Origin: Vulcanimicrobiota bacterium | GTDB lineage: Bacteria; Vulcanimicrobiota; Vulcanimicrobiia; Vulcanimicrobiales; Vulcanimicrobiaceae | NCBI GenBank assembly: GCA_963778015.1 | Contig: CAVZST010000001.1 | Coordinates: 917,190 to 981,189 of the forward strand | Direction: 5' to 3' | Length of the DNA: 64,000 nucleotides | Shown: positions 54,262 through 62,670 of the stretch, one piece after another | Position numbering within the stretch: position 1 is the stretch's first letter | How the letters are laid out: every line of letters begins with the position of its first letter | Notes under the pieces: model-generated | The model's database searches: none | The model's input: the letters and a program-made list of their open reading frames with translations, nothing else | What the model was told of the DNA's origin: nothing | Translations under genes and position numbers: made by a program

Positions 54262-54298
54262 CTATTTGTACGGGCTCATCTGTACGGGCGTACCTGGA
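54262..54298. promoter_or_regulatory. operator-like element, copy 2 (core palindrome GTACGGGCGTAC)
   Basis: ctatttgtacgggctcatctgtacgggcgtacctgga, ~100 nt upstream of lipoprotein gene 2. Confidence 0.45.
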
Positions 54299-54396
54299 CG
54301 CCCTGCCCCAGCGGGCCCATAGTGGACGTGTCGCGAGACAGCGCTGAAAGCGCTGGAATTCGCGCACTCGGAAACCTTCGCTAAGGAGAGTTAATT

Positions 54397-55515
54397 ATGA
54401 GCATTTCTAACGCAGTGGATCGTGCGGCAATCGCATCCGTCGCACTCGCGATGCTGGCCGGTTGCTCCGGCGGTTCGCTAACGGCCGCAACGCCGGTCGG
54501 GCAAACAGCGAGCGCCGATACTAAGTCCGCCCAGGAGCAAGCCGTGCAAGGAGGCCGCAACGAGATGGGCATTTGGTTGCGGAAGGGGTCCATCGTTTCC
54601 GGCCTTCGGGTGACAACGCCGAGCTTTCTGAGTCCTGATGCCGTGGGCAAACCTCTTCTCTTCGTTGCGGACGACACGAACAACGTCGTCGACATTTACC
54701 GGCAAGCGCATAAGAAAAAGATGGTCGGTCAGATCACCGGCTTGAGCTTTCCCGCGGTCGCGACGGATACCGGTGGACGCCTGTACATCGCAAACTCTAG
54801 CGGTTCGGCCGGGGGAAATGTACTCATCTATACGCCTCCTTATACGGGATCACCGATCCTGACCTTGAGCGACGCCGGCTATTCTCCTTACGCCGTTGCC
54901 GTTTCCTCCACGGGCGTTGTTGCCGTAGTGAACCTTTGTAACGCCCCGAGCTGCGCGACTGGTAGCGGAAGCGTCAACTTCTATGCTAAGAATTCGACGA
55001 TGCCTTGTGCGACGCTCACCGATCCTTACCTCACGAATATGTTTGGCGGCACGTTCGACGGCAAAGGGCGCCTCTACATCTCGGCGCAAAGCTTCAGCGG
55101 CCCGGCAGTCATCGGTAAAATTAGCGGCGGTTGCAAAGCAAAGAAGATTACGCTCCTAACTACTAACAACCCCATTGGCGTGCCGGGCGGCGGCATCCAC
55201 GTCGACAAGCTCGACAGGATCGCCATATGGGGCACCAGCGGGTCATCTAACTCGTCGGTTATCGAAACCTTCAGGCAGCCCAAGATGGGCTCTCTTGGCA
55301 AGCCTGTCTCGATCACTCCGCTGACGAGCACCGCGAATTATTGTTCCGTCGACTTTGCGTTCCGGGCATCAGGTCGCAAGCTCTACGTCGGCGACGGTTG
55401 CGGCAAAGCTGTGGAGGAGTATGACTTCCCGCTGGGTGGTACGGCGAAAAAGACGATCACCTTCCCCAATGGAGCGCCCTACGGAGTGGCCGTTACCCCG
55501 CCCCTCGTTCCGTAA
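54397..55515 (+). CDS. lipoprotein, beta-propeller-like, paralog 2
   Basis: Lipobox LAMLAGCSGG. RBS AAGGAG. Colinear similarity to 53014-54096 along the whole length. Confidence 0.8.
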   Translation: MSISNAVDRAAIASVALAMLAGCSGGSLTAATPVGQTASADTKSAQEQAVQGGRNEMGIWLRKGSIVSGLRVTTPSFLSPDAVGKPLLFVADDTNNVVDIYRQAHKKKMVGQITGLSFPAVATDTGGRLYIANSSGSAGGNVLIYTPPYTGSPILTLSDAGYSPYAVAVSSTGVVAVVNLCNAPSCATGSGSVNFYAKNSTMPCATLTDPYLTNMFGGTFDGKGRLYISAQSFSGPAVIGKISGGCKAKKITLLTTNNPIGVPGGGIHVDKLDRIAIWGTSGSSNSSVIETFRQPKMGSLGKPVSITPLTSTANYCSVDFAFRASGRKLYVGDGCGKAVEEYDFPLGGTAKKTITFPNGAPYGVAVTPPLVP

Positions 55516-55805
55516 GTCGAATCTATGCAGCGTTCTCAACTGTGCCGGCTTGTGCAAGGAGGTCGGGCGACAAACCGTACTCGACCTCTCTTGCTGATGT
55601 GCTTTGCTGATCGATTTATGCCTCATTTCTGACGCTGAAATCCTGTTCGAAGGTTCAACAGCCAATGTAGCACAGGTCACTGAGAGAAAGTGAACTGTGG
55701 TTACGCGGCCGCCACCGGCTACCATGCGCTCATCCCCGCGTCGAGCGTTTGAAGTGCAGTCTGTAGCGCCCTTCGGTAGATCCTGCGGCCTGCTCCGACG
55801 GCACC

Positions 55806-55935
55806 GTCTTTTTTGGCTTCCCGTCGTTGGGCGCCGCCGCGAGGCGCGCTTCTGGCAATGGTTATCGCAAGCGCGCGAGGTCCGCTTTACGCTCGCCGTC
55901 TGGGCGCGCCGCGAGGCGGACGAGACTCCGGCACC
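55806..55935 (+). pseudogene. relic of the ctaG 3' region
   Basis: Reads ..FWLPVVG..ARFWQWLSQAR.. in shifted frames compared with intact ctaG. It lacks the 5' two-thirds of the gene and has internal deletions. Confidence 0.7.
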
Positions 55936-56130
55936 AGCTCGAGAACACAAAATCCCAGCGCGTCCAAATCGATCGCGAAGCCCGCTTCGAGTTTGCGAGC
56001 GTCCAAGCTCCCAGGCTCGACCCACTCGCCGAGCAGGCTCGTGAAATAGCGGACCCGGTAGCGCCCGCGCAGCGAACGAGCGAAGCGCAACGGCGTGGTA
56101 ACGGTGCGCGTCGCCGTATTTCCAATGAAA
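55806..56130. repeat. direct repeat copy B of the ctaG/glycosidase junction
   Basis: Matches 49877-50290 with ~56-bp and ~116-bp deletions in the ctaG part and 87 extra bp in the glycosidase part. Confidence 0.85.
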
Positions 56131-58346
56131 ATCACCAAACTGCCGCGTCGCTGCAACGCGATTTCGGTGACGTCGTCGCCCAACCGCAGCATCGGCGTCG
56201 CGTCGCGGTCGTACGTCTCGACATGTAAGCCGGAGACGCACGCAAAGTTCGCATAGAGCGAGGGCTCGGGCGTACGCGCGATAAACCAGGTGAGCCGCTT
56301 TCCGCGAACCACCACGTTACGGCACCCGAGCCACTTCCATTGCGGCGCGAGGCGAGGATTGCAGACGAGCTGCTTCCCGCGGATTTCCAGGCCGCATGCG
56401 CCTTCGATTGCGGACCAGACGTAGCGAGGCGGATACCAAGGCGAGAGCATCATTCCTTGGTTCGCGAGCGTCTCGCCGTGGAGCCACTCGGAAAACTGCC
56501 CCGGAACGGTATTGTTCTGGCCGGGGTCGCGCGAATAATGCGCAAAGCTCGTCCCCAGCGCGTAGGCCATAAAGCCGGGATTGAAGCGCGCCGCTGCCAT
56601 TGCATAAAGGAACGTGCCGCCGACCCAAACGCCGCCGAGCAGGCCCCAGCTTTGGATGGGGCTGTATTCGAGATCGTCGCGCGCGACGGTGCGGATGCCG
56701 GCCTCAGTCCAAAACGATGGGACGCTGAGGCGGCTGACGATGCGCGCAGCCGTCTCATGTTCGGCAACGCCGAGAACAACGGGAAAAAGCATGTCGACGG
56801 TAACCTTCGAGCGGGGCCGGCCGTCGACGTCGATGTTGAGGTAGTAAAGCCCGGTGTTGGGATCGATCAGGTGTCGGTTGATTGCCGCACGCAATCCGGT
56901 TGCCTCGCGTTCGAACCGGTGCTTATCGTTCTTGTTTCCGAGCGCCGCGGCCATCAGCGCCATCGCGGTGAAGGCAGCGTAGCATTCAGAGTTCACTTCC
57001 GTCGATGCGCCCGAGATTCGATAGTCGTCGATGATGTTTCGCCAGCCGACGATGCCCCACATCGAAGTCTTCGTCGACGTGCACCAAATCAAGCCGCGCG
57101 CGTCGCGCTGATCGAGCAGATATTCGGCCGCGCGTTTGGCTGCCGCATACGACTCACGAAGGAATTCAAAATCGCCGGTTACGAGGTAATGATGACTCAA
57201 CGCAAGGATGACCAGCGGGGTGTCGTCGTTCACATTCAAGCCGTAATCGTTCGCGTCGCCGTTGCGAACGTCGTAATACTCGACGATTTTGCCGTTTCGC
57301 TGAGCATTGCGAAGGTACCATCGTAACGATTCGCGCGAAAAATCCGGCGTGACATAATCGGACCCGAACGCGAACGAAGCAGTGTCGCGGCCGACGCTGT
57401 TGTTCGAGCGCGTCGGGTCGTTGACGAAACACCAGCCCGTCGGCGCGTAGAGCTCCGTGCGCAACATGTTCGCCTTTGCCCAAAGCACGCCGCGGTTGAC
57501 GTTCGCGTCGGGGGTGACGACGATCGCGCGCCCGAGCACTTCGTCGTAGTGGCGGCGGGTTTGGACGAGCGCGACCTGTGCGGAGGGGGCGGTCCGGTAG
57601 CAGCGGCGCGCGCCGCGCGCTCCTTGCGCAGAGCCGACCAGCGTGAACCAAAAACGGTGACGTGTCGCAGGCAAAAGACGGTACCGGTGATGGAAGAACG
57701 CGATCGGCTCGGCGACCCCGCGGGACACGGAGTTTGAGAGCCTGCCCGCAAAGTGCGGCCGAGTCATCTTGCCGTGGTCGCCGGTTACTTCGAAACTCGT
57801 CGGCGCGCGGGAGGACCCGATCGCGCGTCCCGCATGGGGCTGGGACGCATTCCACGCGACAAAGGCTCGAAGCGTCCGGTCGTAGCTTGCGCGCACGTCA
57901 CGCAGGGTGTTGCCGCGCAGAAGCGCGCCGGTGAAGCTGTCGAACTCGTGGGTTTCGTGCGAATCGTTGCGTACCTCGACGATGAGGTAAGCCGTCAGCG
58001 GATCGACGCGATTGCCTTGCGGCTTGGCGTTGAGGACGAAGAGGCTTTCGACGACGCTCACGCCTTCGTCGATGCGGTACTCGTACTCCTGAAAATCCGG
58101 ATGGATCCGGAACTTACCGTCGACCTTCGCGCGCGCCGCACCGGATGGCGCATCCCAAAACTGAATCGAAACGCCTGCAAGGAGGTTCAGGCCTAGGTCG
58201 CTAGAGTAAAATTTCTCGATCGCGCCCGAGGCTTTGATGAGGATCGCGCCCTTCGGGCCGCCGAGCGTGCTGCCGACGGCGAGCTGCGTGTCCTCGACCT
58301 CGTAGACAGCGATTCGTTCGCCGGAACCAAAGATTCGAGCGCTCAC
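55887..58346 (-). CDS. amylo-alpha-1,6-glucosidase / glycogen-debranching (GDE_C, six-hairpin) family glycosidase
   Basis: 819 aa, GTG start. (alpha/alpha)6-type region DTPLVILALSHHYLVTGDFEFL...SGASTEVNSECYAAF...GIRTVARDD...VPGQFSEWLHGE. Family assigned from memory. Confidence 0.8.
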   Translation of the reverse strand: MSARIFGSGERIAVYEVEDTQLAVGSTLGGPKGAILIKASGAIEKFYSSDLGLNLLAGVSIQFWDAPSGAARAKVDGKFRIHPDFQEYEYRIDEGVSVVESLFVLNAKPQGNRVDPLTAYLIVEVRNDSHETHEFDSFTGALLRGNTLRDVRASYDRTLRAFVAWNASQPHAGRAIGSSRAPTSFEVTGDHGKMTRPHFAGRLSNSVSRGVAEPIAFFHHRYRLLPATRHRFWFTLVGSAQGARGARRCYRTAPSAQVALVQTRRHYDEVLGRAIVVTPDANVNRGVLWAKANMLRTELYAPTGWCFVNDPTRSNNSVGRDTASFAFGSDYVTPDFSRESLRWYLRNAQRNGKIVEYYDVRNGDANDYGLNVNDDTPLVILALSHHYLVTGDFEFLRESYAAAKRAAEYLLDQRDARGLIWCTSTKTSMWGIVGWRNIIDDYRISGASTEVNSECYAAFTAMALMAAALGNKNDKHRFEREATGLRAAINRHLIDPNTGLYYLNIDVDGRPRSKVTVDMLFPVVLGVAEHETAARIVSRLSVPSFWTEAGIRTVARDDLEYSPIQSWGLLGGVWVGGTFLYAMAAARFNPGFMAYALGTSFAHYSRDPGQNNTVPGQFSEWLHGETLANQGMMLSPWYPPRYVWSAIEGACGLEIRGKQLVCNPRLAPQWKWLGCRNVVVRGKRLTWFIARTPEPSLYANFACVSGLHVETYDRDATPMLRLGDDVTEIALQRRGSLVIFIGNTATRTVTTPLRFARSLRGRYRVRYFTSLLGEWVEPGSLDARKLEAGFAIDLDALGFCVLELVPESRPPRGAPRRRA

Positions 58347-58411
58347 GGCAAGTCCGATTGCTTGCTTTAGAGGCCCGCTCCTCCTTAGCGCTAATTCGCT
58401 TCTGCGTGCTG

Positions 58412-59419
58412 ATGCTCGCTATCGAAACGTCGTGCGACGATACCGCGGCAGCGGTCGTTCGCGATGGGTGCGACGTGCTTTCGAGCGTCGCCACCAATCA
58501 AGACGCCTTTCACGCAAAGTACGGCGGCATCGTTCCGGAGATCGCCGGCCGCCGGCATGTCGCATTGCTCTCGGCGGCGGTCGAAGATGCCCTCGAGCGC
58601 GCCGACGTGCGGTTTGGTGACCTGGACGGCATCGCCGTAACCTGCGGTCCCGGTCTCATCGGCAGCCTCGTCGTCGGCGTCGCGGCGGCGAAAGCCTATG
58701 CCTTTGCGTTGCATCGTCCACTTTATGGCGTCAACCATCTGCACGGCCACATCTTCGCGCCCTTTCTCGGCCGCGATGAGCCGCTACCGTACCCCTTTCT
58801 CGCGCTGCTCGTTTCGGGGGGCCATTCGCAGCTGGTCGCGGTGCAGTCGGCGATGCGCATGCACGTACTCGGTCGCACTCACGATGACGCTGCGGGCGAA
58901 GCGTACGACAAGACGGCGCGTCTACTCGGACTTCCGTACCCCGGCGGCCCCGCGCTCGACGCGATGGCGCAACGCGGTGATCCCCGTGCATACGCCTTTC
59001 CCCGCCATCGGCCCGCTGCCGACTCGCTCGATCTCTCGTTCTCCGGACTGAAGACCTCGGTTCGCTACTTCTTAGAATCCGAAGCCGGTCGCGATGCCAA
59101 GCCAGAGGACGTCGCAGCTTCGTTTCAAGCCGCGGTGGTCGATGTGCTGATGACGCGCCTTCAGGCGGCGTACGAACGCGATTCTTACCGTGCCGTCGTG
59201 CTTTCGGGCGGCGTCGCGGCGAACTCCGCGCTCCAAACCGCCTTTCGCTCGTGGAGTAAGCGCAACGGCATCGCCGCATTGACGCCGCCTGCAAAGTACT
59301 GCACCGACAATGCGGCGATGATCGCCGCGGCGGCCTACTACCAGCGCGACGCCGTTCGCGCGGATCCGCTCACGCTCTGCGCCGACCCGAACCTGCCGTT
59401 CGCCTCGCAACGCAGCTAA
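58412..59419 (+). CDS. tsaD: tRNA N6-adenosine threonylcarbamoyltransferase
   Basis: MLAIETSCDDTAAAVV...HAKYGGIVPEIAGRRH...VNHLHGHI...VSGGHSQL. ATG at 58412 (GTG 58406 also possible). Confidence 0.92.
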   Translation: MLAIETSCDDTAAAVVRDGCDVLSSVATNQDAFHAKYGGIVPEIAGRRHVALLSAAVEDALERADVRFGDLDGIAVTCGPGLIGSLVVGVAAAKAYAFALHRPLYGVNHLHGHIFAPFLGRDEPLPYPFLALLVSGGHSQLVAVQSAMRMHVLGRTHDDAAGEAYDKTARLLGLPYPGGPALDAMAQRGDPRAYAFPRHRPAADSLDLSFSGLKTSVRYFLESEAGRDAKPEDVAASFQAAVVDVLMTRLQAAYERDSYRAVVLSGGVAANSALQTAFRSWSKRNGIAALTPPAKYCTDNAAMIAAAAYYQRDAVRADPLTLCADPNLPFASQRS

Positions 59420-59745
59420 CAGCCACGCGGCATTTTCGGAAGGTCGTTCGCAATGAACAAGCCGAGGTCGCCGTCGCTCGTCATCGTACCGCGTGCGTGC
59501 ACGCGGCGCGACTATCTACCGCCGGTCGAATGCCGCAAGCGAGATAAGCGTCTAATCTGTCCAGAAACCGGGGTGTCACTTCAATCAGGCTTTTGGTCAA
59601 AGAATGACGCGCCAGAGGTCGCGTACCTTATCGAGACAGGCGTATATCACAAATAGTATCAAGGCACAGGCATCGTCATACTAAGCAGGCCCTAAAACGT
59701 GCGCTCGGACAACAAGTCACCAATGGGGCGGTTCTTCAAGCCGGT

Positions 59746-60198
59746 TTAGCCGTCAATAGATTCTAGGTAGGCCACGTCGGCGAGATCCTGGGGTCGGCCT
59801 GCAGCCTTCTTGTTCTCGATCAGCTCCGCCTTACCAATGTAGCAAACCGGAACGCCGCCGTACGTTGACACGACCCGCGCCGCCCAGGCCTGCTCGAACG
59901 TCACGCCGTCGATGGAAGTAATGATGTCGATCTGATTGGGAGGCCGCCCCATGATGTAGAACGTCCCCGGCGTTTTCAGGTCGTCCGGTCGAAGCTCGGT
60001 CAACGGCGCACCAAAGGCCAGGAGCGCTCGCCAGACCTTTTCGGCATTTTTGGAATCGAGCCTGACGAAGATGTCGACATCGCAGGTTGCACGCGGACGC
60101 CCGTGAAATGCGAACGCATACGCACCGATAATCAGATACTCAGCGCCTTCGGCGTTCAACGCGTTCAACAGATCGATCAAGTCGACGTTCTGATGCAT
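59746..60198 (-). CDS. nucleotidyltransferase-fold protein (MNT/DUF6036-like, TA-type)
   Basis: LLNALNAEGAEYLIIGAYAFAFHGRPRATCDVDIFV matches the NTase G-x(9-13)-DxD pattern. Confidence 0.7.
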   Translation of the reverse strand: MHQNVDLIDLLNALNAEGAEYLIIGAYAFAFHGRPRATCDVDIFVRLDSKNAEKVWRALLAFGAPLTELRPDDLKTPGTFYIMGRPPNQIDIITSIDGVTFEQAWAARVVSTYGGVPVCYIGKAELIENKKAAGRPQDLADVAYLESIDG

Positions 60199-60370
60199 CC
60201 GTCCCCCAAGGCATACGTCGTACGAGTTCCCAAATTGCCTCGACTCGCAGTGGCGCCGGAACTACCTTCTGCGCGTCGCGCTTGAAGGATGCGAATTCCG
60301 ACGGCGACCGCGCGACAAATTCGACCCACGTCGAGCGCCGCACGGCGGCGCGCTCTTCGAATGAGTTCAT
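60140..60370 (-). CDS. small partner protein upstream of the nucleotidyltransferase
   Basis: 76-aa ORF overlapping the NTase start by 59 nt. No family recognised. Real only if the overlap is genuine. Confidence 0.4.
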   Translation of the reverse strand: MNSFEERAAVRRSTWVEFVARSPSEFASFKRDAQKVVPAPLRVEAIWELVRRMPWGTDASERRLDRSVERVERRRR

Positions 60371-60545
60371 TGCGCCTTCAAAGTTCGCGGTGAACGGGAA
60401 GTCAACCCCCAGCGCAGGCCGCTATAACTCAAAGCGGCAGACTTTGCTGTCTCGAGTAAGCGCAATCGTCGGCGTATTCCAATACACGTTGTTACTGAGC
60501 GTCGCGACAACCGCAGCAAAATTCTGACGCCGGCCATTTAGACTG

Positions 60546-60619
60546 CGCGGTCGGAGGGACTCGAACCCCCAGCCAACAGGTTCGAAGCCTGCTGCTCTAT
60601 CCAATTGAGCTACGACCGC
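60546..60619 (-). tRNA. tRNA-Arg (anticodon TCG)
   Basis: Minus strand: GCGGTCG TA GCTC AATTGGATA GAGC A GCAGG CTTCGAA CCTGT TGGCT GGGGG TTCGAGT CCCTC CGACCGC G. Confidence 0.93.
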
Positions 60620-60654
60620 GCGTTTACATGCAGCGTCCTTCGACACGCTCGCTG

Positions 60655-60743
60655 CGCTCGCTGCTCAGGATGACACCGGAGTAGCGCCGCTCGCTGCTCA
60701 GGATGACACCGAGTAACACGGCTCGCCGCTCAGGACGACACGG
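60655..60743. repeat. three tandem 31-33-nt units with core GCTCAGGATGACACCG; the third unit contains the cfa stop codon
   Basis: Units at 60655-60678, 60688-60711 and 60719-60743 (diverged: gctcaggacgacacgg). Same orientation as the rpoC-proximal set. Confidence 0.85.
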
Positions 60744-62022
60744 CATAAAGATCTCGCCGCGTTGCCGGCAGCTCCACGCGGCCATCTTGGTCCGGCCGCG
60801 CGAGCAGCGACTGAAAGACGCCGATCCGGCCAATGTTAAAGCCTTGCGCGCTTCCGGCGAGATACAGACGCCACAGGCGATAACTCGTTTCACCTCCAGC
60901 AGCAATCGCCTCGCTGCGATTGCGCTCGAGCTTCGCAACCCACGCGCGCAAGGTGCGCGTATAGTGCTCGCGCAGGTTCTCAACGTCGCGCACTTCGAAA
61001 CCGGTTTCTTCGGCGACGCGCAACGAATCGGCGACGGCAGCGAGTTCTCCGTCGGGGAAGATAAAACGACCCAGGAATCCCGTCGCGGTACCGTGGCGGC
61101 GCCGGCCAGCGCTCTGATCGGCGATTGCGTGATTGAGAAAGAGACCCCCCGGACGCAGCGCGTCGTAAGCGGCGCGAAAGTATTGCGAAAAACGCGCCTG
61201 TCCCACGTGCTCGAACATCCCCACGCTGACGATCTTGTCGAAGCGCTCGCCCGCCAGCTGCCGGTAGTCGCGCAGCTCGACGCGGGCCCGATCGCCCACG
61301 CCTGCCGCGGCGATGCGCCTCTGCGCCTCCTCGTATTGTGGTCGGCTCAACGTGATGCCCAGGGCATGCCCTCCAAACTGTGCGGCGCGAATAACCAGCG
61401 CGCCCCAGCCGCAGCCGATGTCGAGCAGCCGTTCGCCGGAGCGCAACCGAAGCTTGCGCAGCGTGTAGTCGAGCTTGGCGGATTGAGCGCCGTCGAGCGA
61501 GTCGATGCCTTCGTCCCAATACGCGCACGAATAGACCATCTCGCGATCGAGAAAGCTGCGGTAGAACGCCGCGGGCTGGTCATAATGAAAGCCGATCGCC
61601 GCCCGATCGCGGGCGCGCGAGTGAAGCCTTCCACGAAGCTTCGCTTCCCGCAAGCGCGGAATGCCCACTTTCGGTAACTTGCGCAGCACGTGAAGCAGCC
61701 GGACCGCAGTGATGGTGCGCAAGGATCCGCTCGCCCGATAGATGGTATCGACGGCGTGTTCGAGATCGCCATCAACGTCGAGCAAACCAGCGCCGAAAGC
61801 TCGGCCGGCCGAAAGATCGAGCGGCGCCGTGAACGCCGAGCGGAGCGCGCCGGGCGAATTGACCTCCAAGACGAATCGCTCGCCGTTTGACGCGTGCACA
61901 CGCGTTCCGTCCCAAAGCCTGGCTCCGAAGTCGCGCGCGTACTGCTCTCCAAAGAGCAGCCGCAGCACCGCGAGCGCGATCCGCGCGTAGGGATCGGCCG
62001 ACGCGAATCGCTCAGCGATCAA
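60730..62022 (-). CDS. cfa: cyclopropane-fatty-acyl-phospholipid synthase family SAM methyltransferase
   Basis: HYDQPAAFYRSFLDREMVYSCAYW...LLDIGCGWGALVIRAA...FDKIVSVGMFEHVG. Start uncertain (TTG 62022 or GTG 61968). The ORF extension to 62244 overlaps the upstream gene. Confidence 0.85.
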   Translation of the reverse strand: MIAERFASADPYARIALAVLRLLFGEQYARDFGARLWDGTRVHASNGERFVLEVNSPGALRSAFTAPLDLSAGRAFGAGLLDVDGDLEHAVDTIYRASGSLRTITAVRLLHVLRKLPKVGIPRLREAKLRGRLHSRARDRAAIGFHYDQPAAFYRSFLDREMVYSCAYWDEGIDSLDGAQSAKLDYTLRKLRLRSGERLLDIGCGWGALVIRAAQFGGHALGITLSRPQYEEAQRRIAAAGVGDRARVELRDYRQLAGERFDKIVSVGMFEHVGQARFSQYFRAAYDALRPGGLFLNHAIADQSAGRRRHGTATGFLGRFIFPDGELAAVADSLRVAEETGFEVRDVENLREHYTRTLRAWVAKLERNRSEAIAAGGETSYRLWRLYLAGSAQGFNIGRIGVFQSLLARPDQDGRVELPATRRDLYAVSS

Positions 62023-62653
62023 AGGCGACGATTTGGTTCGCTTCGCGATGGCTGGTCCAAAACTTCGAACCGTCGTAGGCGAGCGAACGAGCTGTAAACG
62101 GTATGCGCGCGAGATCCTCGCTCGCATTGCCGCCGTTGCCGGAAACCCGCGTGAGAAAATAGTCGTCGCTCTCCTCGCGATCGGTCGTGACGAGGTAAAA
62201 GCTTCCGTCCACGTAGCACTGTCCGCAGATCCCGTGCGGCACATCGATCTGACGCACGACGTTACCTCGCTCGTCGAGCCCTAGAATCCGGCGGTTGTAC
62301 CACTGACTGAGATAGAGGCGGGTGCCGTCATAACTAAGCTGAGATCCCGTCGCATCCGGACAATCGATGGTGCCCTGCGACTTGAAGCCGTGCCCGGGGA
62401 CGAAGCGGCGGATGACGCGGTCGTCGTTCTCACCAACGCCGCAAACGACACGCAACTCGTCGCCAATTACGGTCATGCCCCAGGGTTTGCCGGGCACGTT
62501 CTCCTCTTCGATCAGGGTCCATTGCCGAGGATCGATCGCGTAAAGCCGATTGGTCTCGATCGATCCCATCCATAGCTTTTCCCCATCGAAAGCCAGCGCC
62601 TGGGGGCGCGGTGCCGGCGATGGAAGTCGTAGCGTCTCGGTTACGTTGTGCAC
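62012..62653 (-). CDS. beta-propeller protein (glutamine-cyclotransferase-like?)
   Basis: GTG at 62653 is the first start after the SDR stop. Repeats of the type ALAFDGEKLWMGS / LSYDGTRLYLSQ / LAYDGSKFWTS. Confidence 0.55.
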   Translation of the reverse strand: MHNVTETLRLPSPAPRPQALAFDGEKLWMGSIETNRLYAIDPRQWTLIEEENVPGKPWGMTVIGDELRVVCGVGENDDRVIRRFVPGHGFKSQGTIDCPDATGSQLSYDGTRLYLSQWYNRRILGLDERGNVVRQIDVPHGICGQCYVDGSFYLVTTDREESDDYFLTRVSGNGGNASEDLARIPFTARSLAYDGSKFWTSHREANQIVAFDR

Positions 62654-62670
62654 GCTGGAAGCATACGTCG

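Noticed and set aside
55369-56241. 290-aa minus-strand ORF spanning the lipoprotein-2 3' end and the repeat copy B
   Set aside because: It overlaps two better-supported features in other frames or strands. Its composition (R/A/S-rich) is not protein-like.
59453-59656. 67-aa plus-strand ORF in the lower-GC spacer after tsaD
   Set aside because: It has no RBS, no recognisable motif and a low-GC codon pattern unlike neighbouring genes. There is insufficient support to call a gene.
59420-59745. Integrated island at tRNA-Arg(TCG) with an att direct repeat
   Set aside because: I found no copy of the tRNA 3' segment (only a weak ggtcgaa match at ~59523) and no integrase remnant, so no island boundary can be claimed.
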